Assembly (NCBI GenBank): GCA_043228905.1
Contig: JBHGNT010000001.1
Span: 11,842,001 to 11,906,000 of the forward strand
DNA: 64,000 nt
Direction: 5' to 3'
Source: Azolla caroliniana
Taxonomy: Eukaryota > Plantae > Polypodiophyta
Shown here: in pieces, positions 11,813 to 24,900 of the stretch
Numbering within the stretch: the stretch's first letter is position 1
Layout of the letters: every line of letters begins with the position of its first letter
Translations under genes and position numbers: made by a program
The notes under the pieces: model-generated
What the model saw: only the letters and a program-made list of their open reading frames with translations
Database searches by the model: none
Told to the model about the DNA's origin: nothing

Positions 11813-14800
11813 ATGGCGGATCAGAGCTCTGATTTTCCCTTTCCTTCTTCCATCGCTGATCATTCTCCTCAGGTTCGTCAAACTCTCATCTCTCTCTCTC
11901 TCTCTCTCTAGATATATATATATATATATCCTCTGTTATCTCCCTGAATCAGAGCTCCTGAAGCTTTTTGTCGGAATAAGAAAATCAGAATCCTCTTCTT
12001 ATTTTTCTTCGGTGTACACATATATATATATTACATTCGGATGAAAACCTCCTGTTCCCCGATCAATCTTCTTCTTATTTAAATGTTGCTTTTTTCTGTC
12101 TTTCATTTAATCAGCTTAGCTTCTCTGTCTCTCTTCTACTAGCCAATTAATATTTGACTTTTGGGAAAATATCCGAAATGCTACTGAATGTTTCAATTAT
12201 TTTCCATTATTTTTAGGAGATTGGGGAGATGAAAAAGCAGGGGAGGGGGTATTTGGGAAATAAAAAAACTCAGTCATTCAGAGCTATCAGATGTGATATT
12301 AGAGCTACGAAGTCGATCAAATCATCCCTTTTTCCTCTCTCTCTCTCTGTTTTTGAAAACTTGTGTATTTAGGGAAATAAAGAAAAAATGGGGGTATTTT
12401 TGGAGTTGCGCATATATAAAGTTTCCCTCCTCTCTATTAGACAAATGTTTCTTGTTATCATATCTAAACCTTTTTGCAGGACTTAACTGATTCAAAAACA
12501 GAACTTCTTGCCCGAGTACAAAGTTTGAGAAAGGTATGAATTGTCAATATACCATTCTTATCCCTTTAGTTTTTCCCTTCTTTGTTCTTGCTTGTCTTTG
12601 AAATGCATACATATGCAGACATATGTACATGTATATGTATCTTCTTTCAGAGTGCCATTGTATCTGGGAATACTAGAGAGAATAACACACATTTTTCTCA
12701 TATTTGCCAAAATGCCACCTGTTTTTGTATTACCATATGGAAATTTCAGAATCAAGAACCTATATTAATCAGCAACAGAACTTAAATTAAATATGCGACA
12801 TATTTTGATGATTTTGATCCCTTACTCATTTATTCAGATAAATACTCACTATTCTTTGTCCTTAATTAATTCATTCATTATTAACATGGTCATTAGTTAA
12901 TCAATTCATTAGTGGTTTGTTGCGTATATTATGACATAGTCATCGACTCTTTAATGGTTTTGTGTGCACTACTATGGTATAATTTTTATAATTTGAAGTT
13001 TCATCATTACATCTTCTTAGGATTTGCGTGAATGGCGAGAAAGGCTCGACAACCAAGTGCAGACATATAGGCAGGTAAAATAACTATTTGGTCGCTGGAA
13101 ATTTCAGATGTAAACTCTGACTATTCATTTTGTTATTTACAAGCATTCATAATGCCTCAAGATATAGTGATGCAAGGTCTGAACACTTAGTACACTTCAG
13201 TTATTGTTATGAGTATGCGCAAAACCTTAAGGGATCTATAGTGGATTTATCTAGCATGTGTTTAGCAACTTGGTCATCCATGAACTTATCAGTCAGTAGC
13301 CTTTTTTTAGTAACACTTACTAGTGGGAAACCTCAAAGTGAGGTGAAAACCCACAAAGAATAAAGAGAAGTATACAAATGTCGATTAGACACTAAAGAGC
13401 TTAGAAGCATGGAAAGTAAAGAGTGCAAATTCGCAGTGTGATGTCTCTAAGTTGTAGACAATCAATCAAAGATTGCCTGAGGGATTACTTAAAGAAGCTA
13501 ACTTCATGCAGTTGGTTTCAATCAAAGACCTTACTATTGCGGGCCATCCAAATGGTCCAAAGTGCCCAAAATCTTGTCTATTGGAGAAAATCTTATAAGT
13601 CTATAGCTAGTCCATTGAACTCTTTTAAGGTTAATTTGATAATGATATAGATATTGTGCGTAATATTGTCTAGGTCTAGCGAAAAGATTCTCTTGCCTAA
13701 TTATACCACATTTGTTCGGTAGGAAGAAGGTATTTCCACTCTATGTAAGATATAAAGGAGCCTTAGGGCATTGGTGCAACATTCTGGTTCTATGGTAATA
13801 GTGAAATTTTTCTTTTGGGGCTTCTCTTGTTTGGTCACGCAAATGAATATCTTTACTTGATTCTGTCCAAGTACTTCTTTTCTCTTATTCATAATGCTAT
13901 TGTAACAATATTATTTTTAATATGTTAATGACAAGTATGAGTATGTTTAATGAAGTTGCTTGTGAATTGTACTATGCCCTATATCAATTTGGAATATTTT
14001 TTGAGATACCATTGGTGGTATTGCACATTATAGTGATTCTTTAATTTATTTAAAGAGCTTCATTCTCTATAAAATTGGAACATGATGGTTGAGCTTAATA
14101 TATGGACTTTAGTATTGCCTATAAGTAGAATTTTCTTTGATTATAGAGGTGTGTCACATATGGGGCATTGGCGATAGAACATGATTGACAAACATGTTGG
14201 ATCCTATGGCACAACCAATCACTACACATTATTTTGGAATTGCTTGAAGCACTAATACAAATGCATCACCATGCCTCATTATGGAACCCTAAAAGAACCT
14301 CTTTGACACAACACCACGAATATATGTAGAACATTGATGATAAAACTCGGTTGACAATACAAGTGTCATTTGATACAAGCTATCCACACATTTAATACAC
14401 CACTTGGAAGTATTTTTTATGAAAATCTCTTTAATTTCATTAATCTTGTGTAATGATAAAAGTAGTCACTATTTATTCTATGTTTCACATGTTATTTCGG
14501 CAAATGTATTTTTTTCTCATATTTTTTCACTAGATTCTCTTTTTCTTGGTCTCATTAAATGATGAAATTCTTTTGGTTTTAATGAATTCTTTTAGTAGTC
14601 TGACATAATAATTGAAAAACTCAGTCGGGATTGACTTCCAGGAATTAGGGGAGTTAAGAAAAAACTTAAATGTAGAAGTGGAAGAGCTGAAAACAGTAAG
14701 CCAATTCTTTGTTGCTGAAATTTGATTTTCGGATTGCTTGCTCAATCATACTAAGTGAATCAATCTAAACAATTCAGACTTTATATGTTAAAGAGACAAG

Positions 14801-17590
14801 TTCTTTGTCTTTTTCAATGGAATGGAATGAAAAAAACAGGGTTTTCAGGACCTTCGTGCGACATTGAGGAAGCAACTTGATGCTACAGCAAGACTATCAG
14901 AATTGGTGAGATATGGAAAAAACCTGAAATATAAATCACAAAAAAAAAAAGGTTCATACATAATGATAGTTAACATTAGAATTATAGCAAAATGCCCAAT
15001 ATGAAGTTACGGAAATGTTGAAAGGGGTGGAGCCAAGGAGGCCTCCATTGCCACCCAATGGGACAAAGTCTCATGCAATATGATATTTCTATTGTCAAAA
15101 AGGGAATTCCAATGCATATTAATGTGAGTGAAACTAATTTTATAATATTGGAGCCAAAGAGGAGAGCATGCTCTTATCACTATATCATATGTGGAAGGAG
15201 AGCAAAAATATTGACATGCAATTTCCTGTATTCGCACTTTCCTTTTCTCATGGTCACGGAATAATGATAGTATCGCAACCCATTATCGTTTTCAATGTTG
15301 TATCCCAAAACCACAACATACAACTTAGGAAATGATCACCATTATCCCCATCACATCCAAAAGATGTGGTTCATCTCTCGTTGCCGGTGTTGAAAGGCAA
15401 CAAATATCCTATCCAAAAACAAGCAATAATGAAGTAGAATTAGAGAGAAAGAAAGAAAATGGAAATATTTGAAAAAAGGCAAAAGAGTTAAAGAAGAAAG
15501 TGTCACGTTCTTGTATGAGCACCAAATTTGTGTGGAGGTGGATCCCAAAGCAACATAAGAGGTTTAGGTACAATTTTCTATGATGGCCAACATAAACCCT
15601 TGACAACATTGAGGTAGAAAGTGGTGAAGGTACTGGGCATGAGATCTAGTTTATACGACAACTTATTAGTAGATGACAAGTTGATATATGTTGGTTGTTT
15701 AATGGAGGCGAGGACACATTCCCATGATTCATCTACAATGGTTGTCCTCATGGAGCTAATTGTGGAGGCTTGCTAGATGTGGAAGACAATTTGCAACAAT
15801 CTATCGCTAGAGCTGATAACCCACATAAAACAGTTTGTGGGTTTCCTTGGGGAAACTTTCAAGAGGAACATTCGACATAAGTATTTGTAGATGGCATCAA
15901 TCATGGAAAAGTGTCTTGATCGGAATTAGTTTCATGATGTGCAACCTAGTCACCTATTGATAGGCTAAACTTAGCTACCATGATTGGGGCATGTGATAAG
16001 GGAATAAAAGTGTTCGTTAATGTTATCCTCATCTCAATACTTGTGACAAGTGTAAGATATAGCTTCTTCTCGGGTGGAAGCACAGGGAAATTGTGTCAAA
16101 AGTTTTCAATAGAGTGGGGATAGGGTTAACAATGATGTATGTCTACGATGCATTAGGTATTAGGGAGTTCCTTGGCAGTGTGGGGCCGTGGTTCTCATTG
16201 GATGTGTTGGAAATGGTATGATTGAAGCAAAATAAGGAGGATTGAAAGTTTGTTTGATCCTCGAGGCGTCAGTCATGATGGTTGGATAATCTTTGATGGT
16301 AAGGTAGGATTTTGTGGGAGCTCTAGGAGTATTGGTTGGAAGTGTGTCAAGAGTAGATTGTGCAAGTGGAGGTGGCTGATGTTGATTATATGATTGAAGC
16401 AATTAAGGGGGATTGAAAGTTTGATGGATCCTCAAGGAGTCAATCATGATCGTTCGGTAATCCTTGATGGCAGGGTAGGATTTTGTGGGAGCACCTGGGG
16501 TACTGGTTGAAAATGCGACAAGAGTAGATTGTGCATGTGGAGGTGGCTGATGTCCGTAGCAAATGTTGGTAGTTGAAGTTGTGACACGACAATCGAGTGA
16601 CATCTATTATGCTCATCCATTGCAAGATGAGCAACATATCATAGTTGCCAATGATATACTGCTCTGGCCATGTTGTAATGTAAGACATGTTTAAGCGACC
16701 AATGAACAACAACACATGGTAGGTGGGCAATGGTTGAAAGGGTGATGAGCGTAGATTGTGCGTGTGGCGATAGTAGATATTAGTGGCAAATGTTAGTGGT
16801 TGAAGTTGTGTCATCATAGTTGATGATGTCAATTATGCTCATCCACAACAAGGTGAGCAATATATCATGGTCGCCATGCGTTGACTCGTGGATTTTCATG
16901 TGGTCTCTAGAAGTGTGGATTCACTTTGGCCAATGTACAATGGGGAGAACATGTTATGGAAGACATGTGTAGTTGGGGAGTTAACACATATAAATTGATC
17001 CAAAAGTGGAGACACTCCAACACACACAAAAATAAGGAGCTTATTAGTCAACCAACACATAATTAATTAGAGATAAGAAGAGTTGGAATGAACTCATAAA
17101 TAATTGAACTCTTGATTGATGGAGAAGTTGATTACAATGATTACTGAGTAGATCTTGATTTTTTGAGAAGTTGGTTACAATGACCAAAGAGTATATTAAT
17201 TCTCGACAACTTAACACTCAAAAACTACTAAGGTTAAAACACTAACTCACTGCTTAAGGGTGTCTCTAGCACAACCACTTCAAAATGCTAAATGCAAGGT
17301 TTATATAGGTTAGGGAGGAGGATGCTTATAATCATTGTTTGTCACCTATCAAGTAATTATTTGTGTGGGTGGATAACTTTGTGTGCATTCATGTTTATTT
17401 GTTGTGAATTAGAATTATATATAGATTTGTCCAATTTGTAGTAAAAATGCATGGATTAGAATCAGGTGTTCAAACTTTATTTTAATGACAGATTCCTAAA
17501 GTTTCATCACCAATGAAATCATGTAGCCTTGAGGAGGAAGATGAAGTCACAAAGAAGAAAGATAAAGATGATGAGGAAGGGAATGGATGA
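11813..17590 (+). CDS. Small conserved plant coiled-coil protein (~128 aa; resembles the uncharacterised family often annotated 'CAP-Gly domain linker'). Exons 11813-11872, 12480-12533, 13021-13074, 14642-14695, 14840-14905, 17492-17590
   Basis: All introns are GT-AG and phase 0, giving an open frame: MADQSSDFPFPSSIADHSPQ/DLTDSKTELLARVQSLRK/DLREWRERLDNQVQTYRQ/ELGELRKNLNVEVEELKT/GFQDLRATLRKQLDATARLSEL/IPKVSSPMKSCSLEEEDEVTKKKDKDDEEGNG*. The core matches a remembered plant motif (DLQNWRSKLDTQV...LNVEVEQL). An extra small exon in intron 1 (e.g. 12373-12393) is possible. Confidence 0.85.
15300..17350 (-). mobile_element. Decayed LTR-retrotransposon 5' part (LTR ~16952-17350 plus internal remnant) in the last intron of the coiled-coil gene
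   Basis: Minus strand has TATATAAA at ~17300 and an LTR-like end ...CTTCCATAACA at 16952. Internal Pro/Thr-rich imperfect direct repeats of ~180 bp lie at 16220-16870. No intact domain. Confidence 0.45.
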
Positions 17591-18907
17591 ATCACATAGT
17601 GACTCGGAAAACTCCAAAGGATGAAGTATAAACCAAAGGAATCAATATTTTTGTATGATGACAATAATTCCTCATCAGACCATCATCATTTGTTATACCT
17701 TGTGTTTTCTTATATGTTTGTTTCTGGATGACTTGATTTGGGTTCATATTTGCAAACATTTAGAGAAAGAACAAAAAGTGGCTATATGAATCCTACCTAC
17801 ACTTGTGTTTATGTGTGATATAGCTTTGAGGACAAAGCTTCAATTCATTCAATGAGCTCATAATTAATATCAGGATGTTTGAGCACGACATATAGGGATG
17901 ATATCACAGACTTTTCTCATGAAAGAACAAGTTTGAAGTCTCAATGCAAACAACATGATATGTCACATCTTAGTGAATGGTCATGCTTCGAAAATCTCAA
18001 TAATTGCAATGTTTTCACATCCCAATCTCATAAGTGTGCTCCTTTACAAACCACGGAAGTATCAACATGACAAAACCTCCTTGTCTCAAATTCAAATTTG
18101 TCTTACACACATTGGTACATATTGTATTCATATCATATGTATTTATAAGTGATACCATTTTGTTTCATTTTTGTGGGAAATCTATATAACATTACTGATG
18201 AAAGTTTACAAGAGAGAGTAGATCTTAGCAATTGTAGGAGCATATTAACCTTGTGGTTACACACACACACACACACACACACGCACGCACATTCATTCAT
18301 TCTTAGTATGTCCCATGTACAATATTTGGGACAAAACCCATGCCAAGGACAATCATTTAACGTATTATGTGCTATATATTGCGATATGTGAACGTTGAAA
18401 GCTATTAATTATAAATCTAAGGCTTTATAACCTTGAGATCATATGGGTGGAAAGTCATAGATGTGAGAATAGGAAGACAAAAAAAACTAGGTACATATAG
18501 ATGTGCAATGTGCTCATCAATATGTACTATGAGAGGCATAAAAGAATGATGGTAGGGAACTACATAAGTCATTAATAGGGTATAGAAGCTTAGCTTCACA
18601 ACAAATTTGATGTTAATATGAGGGTTTTAAGGAAAGCATCTCAACTATATGTATACATATACATAACTTGGCATTCTAGTAATTTAGAGAAAAGGTAGGG
18701 GTATAGCAGTAACATATGGAGGAGATTAAGAAAAACAATGGAGGGTACAGTGGCAATTTAGAGAAAGTGCTGGATTTGGGTAATGTAGAGAAAGGAAAAT
18801 ATATGTACATACATATGACTCATTTTACTCTTTGCTTCTTCTCTCAGTCTCTTCCGTCTGTCTGTCTGTCTTGTCTGTCTTGTCTGTCTGTCTGTCCAAT
18901 CTTCAAC

Positions 18908-21900
18908 ATGGCGGCATTGCCATCTCCGATGGCAGCTCTGCGGCTCCTGCGCTCCTCTGTTCTTCTGGACAGCTCCCGCTCTCCTTCTTCCTCCCTGCAG
19001 GCTTTCTTCACCACCAAACCTTTTCCTTCTTCACCACGGACCAAGATCATGCCCGTGGTTGCTTCTTTTTCTTTTTCTTTTTCTTCTTCTTCTTCTTTCT
19101 CCCCTGTCGTTGCCAAAAAGGAATCAACCACCACTTCTTCAGATTATCTCTATGGCGGAAAACAGATCATCAGTGTGGATGAACCTCTCTATGAATACAT
19201 TCTTTCACACACCAGAGAACCCAAGGTAAGAAGTAGAGCATTTGTCTGTTATTTTCCTGCTGTTAAGTTTAGTCCTTTATAAATCATAAAAAATCATGGG
19301 AAAATCATTATTTGAAACATAATGTTAATTTGGATACATTTCCCTATGCCATTTGGCTGAAGAAGTTTCATTTCGAACCCTTTTCCATGTCATGAGATAA
19401 TAGGAAGTTGTGCAGAAATATGCCAACTTTTATAGTATTTTAGCATTTGAAGAGTTTTTGTTTCTTTTTTATGGATGAAATATAATAGGAATTTGTCATG
19501 AAAATACCACACATTTACTGGAATTTAGTAGATTAAAGTTTTCCTGCATTATATAATAGGAAATTGTGCAAAAATACCATGCTTTTTTTGTGAAAATAGG
19601 AAATTATGAGAAATTGTAATTTTTTTCAATGAGCTATTGTGGACCTTGTTAAACCAAAGACACTCATTCATAGGAAGGCAATCTTATTCTATTTGGTGTC
19701 AATGATACTTCCATCGCAATATTATTTCTTGATCTATTTGATGTCAATCTTGTTCTATTTCTTTCGATCATAAGTTCGATATTATGTTTCTCCAGTCTTC
19801 CATCTGCGTCATACATGGTCTTGAAGATTCAATGGACATTCAATCATCTTCCACAGTTGGAATGCTGGCAATGCAAATAAATTTAGGCTCTTCTACTACC
19901 AAGTTCGATCATAAGTTCGATATTATGCTTCTCCAGTCTTCCATCTGCTTCATACATGGTCTTGAAGATTCGATGAACATTCAATCATCTTCCACAATTG
20001 GAATGCTGGCAATGCAAATTAATTTAGGCTGTTCTACTACCAAGGAAACTACAGAAAGTAATTTAGAGTGTTTCGTCTCATTTTTAAATATTTCATCTAA
20101 TTTAGAGTGTTCTACTTCCAAAGAACATCATGCCTGAGATGATGTAAGAACCATATCAATTGAAAGAAAGCAAATTGAGCGTTAAGATTGAAATTTTGGT
20201 TTATCAATGTAGCAAAGTTCCCTTCGTGAAATAACCTATATGCCAAAATGCGTACTAGTGGAATTGCGTCCGGCTAAAGGAGTAACCCACGTTGAATAAA
20301 CTTAACCTGGTGTAGGTTTGCTAGTTATGATTGGTATTAACAATCCACAACGGTTTGGTTCGGTTAGCGAGTGTCAAACTCAAACAGTTTAAAACCGAAC
20401 AGTTCAAAAAAATTGAAACTTAGACCGAACCGAACCACGAAACCATCTAAACCGAAACCGTTCAAATTGAACCATTACGAAAAATTCAAACCGTAAAAGT
20501 CACGGTTTCATGGTTTGGCTTTGGTTTTCAAGTTAGGTCAAAATTCAAAATTTGAATTTTCACTTTTAAAATTTTAAAATTTTTCAATATTTCAAATTTT
20601 AATGTTTCAAAATTTTGCAGATTTTTCCCAAAATGTCAGAATTAGGCCTAAAAGTGAAAAGGTTGTTCAAAAAATATGTAAGAAAATAATCAAGTGGCAA
20701 CCCTAAACCGTCAAACTGTTTAAACCTTTTACACCATGGTTTCAAACTGAACTGAACTAAATTGTTGACCCTCAAAATGAATTGAACCGTAACCGAACTG
20801 TTAAAAATCTTGAACCTGAACCAAACCGTTTAAACCAATAAGCCGCAGTTTCACGGTTCAATTCAGTTCAAACTGAACTGTTGCTGATTGCTAATTGGTA
20901 TTCATAGGGAATGAATGCTACATGTAGTGCCTTGATACTATCAGTGATATTCACATGAACACCATGAACATAGTTGTGCATATCAATTGTGCAGTTTAAA
21001 TGCACAAGCTATAGGTTTATGAAATTCAGACATCACTACTAGGCCATTATACTTTTGAATGTTTGCATAATGTGAGCATCTTCAGTAGTCTTTGGTCTAC
21101 ATCTGGTATAATTACTAAATTAGTCATCTAATATGCAGGTACTTGCTGAGCTTCGGGAAGAGACATCTACTATGCGGGGAAGTCCAATGCAGGTTGTGTG
21201 TTTAAATTTTGTTGGAAATTTAGAATTGGCAATTCTGATTAGAGGAAACATCTGAAAGACCCCCGAGTTTGTCTTTAATTCTCTGGTCATTCTTTCCTGA
21301 ACTAACTTTTGTCAACCCCTCAGAGGCTGTGATATGTGCTTTTGGAGTAATTACATGTTTCCCTGTTCATTCTTTCCTGAACTATTCATTTAATCTATCT
21401 CAAAAAATAACAAAAGGTTAGGGCTATTTGAGGAAATTAAGGTTAGGGGCATCTTGGAGTCTTTAACCTTTGAATTATGTAAATTGCTTGTTCTTGTGAA
21501 ATTGAGTGTTCTTTTCTTTTTTACATGTATAGTTTTTTGTTCATTTCAATCTACAACTTTGACATTTGGAGTTAAACAAGCAAGCACAACCTTATATAGA
21601 CATAGGTTGAATTTCCATGTAATTAATTTCTATAATTGTACTTAATTCGTGAATCAAAATATATTTACCTGAAGGTAAGATATATATTTATATGAATATT
21701 TGGTTTCATGTTTTTTTGTCACTGTTACTTTTTGGTCATTTCATTCCAAAGTGAATGAATCGGGGGTATACAATGTTCTAAACTGAATATATATGCTTGT
21801 ATGCAATAAGTTACACATGTTTTTGTTAACTATTTTACAGGTTTCTCCGGACCAAGGCCAATTTCTTGCCATGCTTGTGAAGCTGATGGGTGCTGAACGC

Positions 21901-24900
21901 TGCATTGAACTTGGCACCTTTACAGTAAGTTTATATTTCTGTAACAATGTTTTGAGAACGAAACATATATTAAGCTTTCACCGGATTGGCACATCTCTGT
22001 TGATTTCACATTATTCTGGCGATGGCCTGGTATGATGATTCTATTTGGATGAGATTCTGTATTTCCATATAGTAAGCTCCATCCAGGATGTATTATTGGG
22101 TGACAGTGCCTGAAACTCTGATTCTGCATCTGGATGTGATTTAAAGTAAAAGAGAGTCACATGCCTAAGCTAGTAACATGTAGCTGGAGTCTCTTCCTTT
22201 GTGTCATACAAAACATTCTCTATGTGGGTGCAAAATCATGGAAGTGCATTAGGTTTACCTTTGATTTGTGGAGTTTTACCTTGTACTACAGTTTTCCACC
22301 ACTTATATAATTCTATATTAATATTCTAGGTTTTATAATTATAGACCGTGCTTGCGAGTCATCTCATTTTGCTATTCTGGTTTTGCTATTCTTACCTGTG
22401 TTTAGTCCTTGAGTTTAACAATTGTAAATTAATTTTGTTTGTATGAGCATGGAGCTTATGTGAGGCATATCACGATGTGATGCAAGTGTGTCTGAAGACA
22501 GTTATTTAGGATTTGGAACCAAAGTTGCAGAAGCTTAAGTGTGTGAATGCTATCTTTGTTGGTGCAGGGGTATTCTTCGTTGGCAGTGGCATTAGCCCTT
22601 CCTGAACATGGTCGTCTTGTTGCATGTGATAGAGATAAGAGCTCATTGGATATTGCAAGAAAATATTATGAAAGAGCTGGAGTCTCCCACAAGGTAAATT
22701 CAAAATCTTTTAGCTAGAAGCTGTACCTTCTTAAGTCATGCTACCATTTACCTTTTCTTTCTTTTTGATGCTCTCCATTTCTATTAAGGATTGTACTAAT
22801 GATAAGCAAAACAATAGGAGAGTAAGGAGAATAATTGATTTAGGATACTTCACCAAACCAACCAACCCCGAGTGAAGGACATGAGATGAGCATAAAATAC
22901 CATTGGTGTCCGATACCACTGAATGTTACCTTATGTTATACCTTGGATGTTGAATAATGGTTCGAAGAAGAGAGCGTAACCTCACCAATAGAGTCTTCAC
23001 AACGTATCAAGATGCCATAATGAAGGGGGTAGCTAATCCCCTTTATATAGCTCAACATCTCAGGCTCCCAGACAACTACGTGTTCCCACATCATAGGTCC
23101 ATATGGGTTTGTCTCAGTTCCTCAGATGACCAGTTTTCTGACTATCTTACCCTTAACCCATTAACATTAGCTATAGAATTTGTCTGTAAGGTGATGATTG
23201 TGACAATTTCTTTCTCAAGGAGGTCAATTTCCTTGATATCATCTTTTAGAGTTGACACCTTGATGTCCTTGAGGCCATGTCCCATTTGCCTTCTTCTTTT
23301 CTTTGCTGCAATCCTTTTTCATTGCCTTATTTTCTTTTCTTTTCCTTTGTGCTTGATGCTTCAATCCATCCCAATAATTCACATTGTACACTGGGCTGTT
23401 TAATACAAAAGCAAGATACAAAAGCTAATCCGTTTGGGGTAAATGTCTTATGAGCTTCTAACCTAGGCTTCCTGCCTCCATCTTATGTGCTTGATGCTTC
23501 AATCCATCCAACTAATTCCCAAAAACCGCTAAGAAACTGTATTAAACGAATGCAAAACAATGATGACTGTGTCACTGTCTCAAAGGACTCCGAGCTGAGT
23601 GACTTGCATTGCATAGCCTCACCCCCATCTTCGATTCTCTAGCGACAGTTTTGCTAGAGTTCTTTAGCATCTAAATATTTGCATCACATAATTGAACTTT
23701 TTTGTAGTGAGCAAGTTGGTCTGCTAAGTCTGTGGTCGAGATTAAAGTCTGTATATTTTCTCTATGTTCATGTTTGTGCGGTGTTAGAGGGCTGCACTGT
23801 TAGTATATTCTGATTCAACTTTTGTACCAGTTGATATTTAGTTCTTTGTTTGTTAACTTGGGAATGTTGGAAGTGAAGGTACATAATTAATGGTCTTAAT
23901 GTTAATCTGCGGAAGGTGTGAAACCAATTGTTTTTATTCCTTGCAGGTAGATATTTACCATGGAATGGGCCTGGATACGTTAAGGAAATTCCTGGATAAA
24001 GGAGAGGCAAATAGGTAATCGTAACTTTTACAATGAATGTTTATTTGTCAAGACTTGGTAGAAAGGTGAATTATTACTTATGGAAATGCATCTCTTAAAG
24101 AGTTTGATTTTAGTTGTTGGATTTTATTTTGGTATGCAGTTATGACTTCGCATTTCTTGATGCTGATAAGAGAAACTACAGTGCTTACTATGAGTTATTC
24201 CTTCAGTTGGTATGCTTTATTGCTCTTTAAGAAGTTTGAGAGTCAAATCATTGCAGTGTATCTACAGTGTTCTCTAGAAGATTTTCAGGTCATTTTCTTC
24301 TTATTCATAACTGTCTCTTACTCAGGTTGGAACTTTTGCTTGTACAGTCTTTTAGTTTTAATTTAGTCTTAGAAATGGTGCCTTTCAGTTTTTTAAAGAT
24401 AAATAACTGAACACTGACCCATGCCCATTTCAAAAATCTATTTGGGTATCACCATTGATCAAATAGATCTTACCATTCCTTTCGCTCTTTGTTGAGCACT
24501 CTTTGTGAGACATTGATGAATGTGATACATTTGTGAAGATTTTAATGGCGGAGAACGGGAGTCATCCTAAAGAATCTTTGTTACCTTTAGTTCAGTTTAT
24601 CATTGATTACAGGATGTGACTTCTTTCCCATTATTCCAGCACCTCCTTTCATGTATCCATAAAGTGGATCTTCTTTCACTACGACTTTTTTTTGTAAAGA
24701 CTGTTTAAGTGTGGATAAAGCTTTTGGACTGTAAATTATCATTGGAGAGTGGTGGTAATTGGCAATATTCAAAGGCAAAGATGAGTTTGAGGGTGATTCA
24801 TCAAGAGATATTGCAAATTAAGATGAGTGGCGGTGGGCATTGCAAGTGACATTATATTATAAAAACACTATCTACAGATACAGACTGCATCAGATGCAAC

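Noticed and set aside
11787-12044. ORF MQRERERR... with a hydrophobic stretch
   Set aside because: It overlaps exon 1 of the coiled-coil gene in another frame and runs into intronic (CT)n(AT)n.
16220-16870. Regularly spaced repeats resembling a CRISPR array
   Set aside because: These are long imperfect direct repeats without unique spacers, in a eukaryotic TE remnant, with no cas genes.
18716-18907. Upstream in-frame ATG extending the OMT N-terminus (ORF 18716-19282)
   Set aside because: The extension runs through AT-rich promoter-like DNA and a (CTGT)n repeat. ATG 18908 has good context (AACATGGCG) and starts a typical transit peptide.
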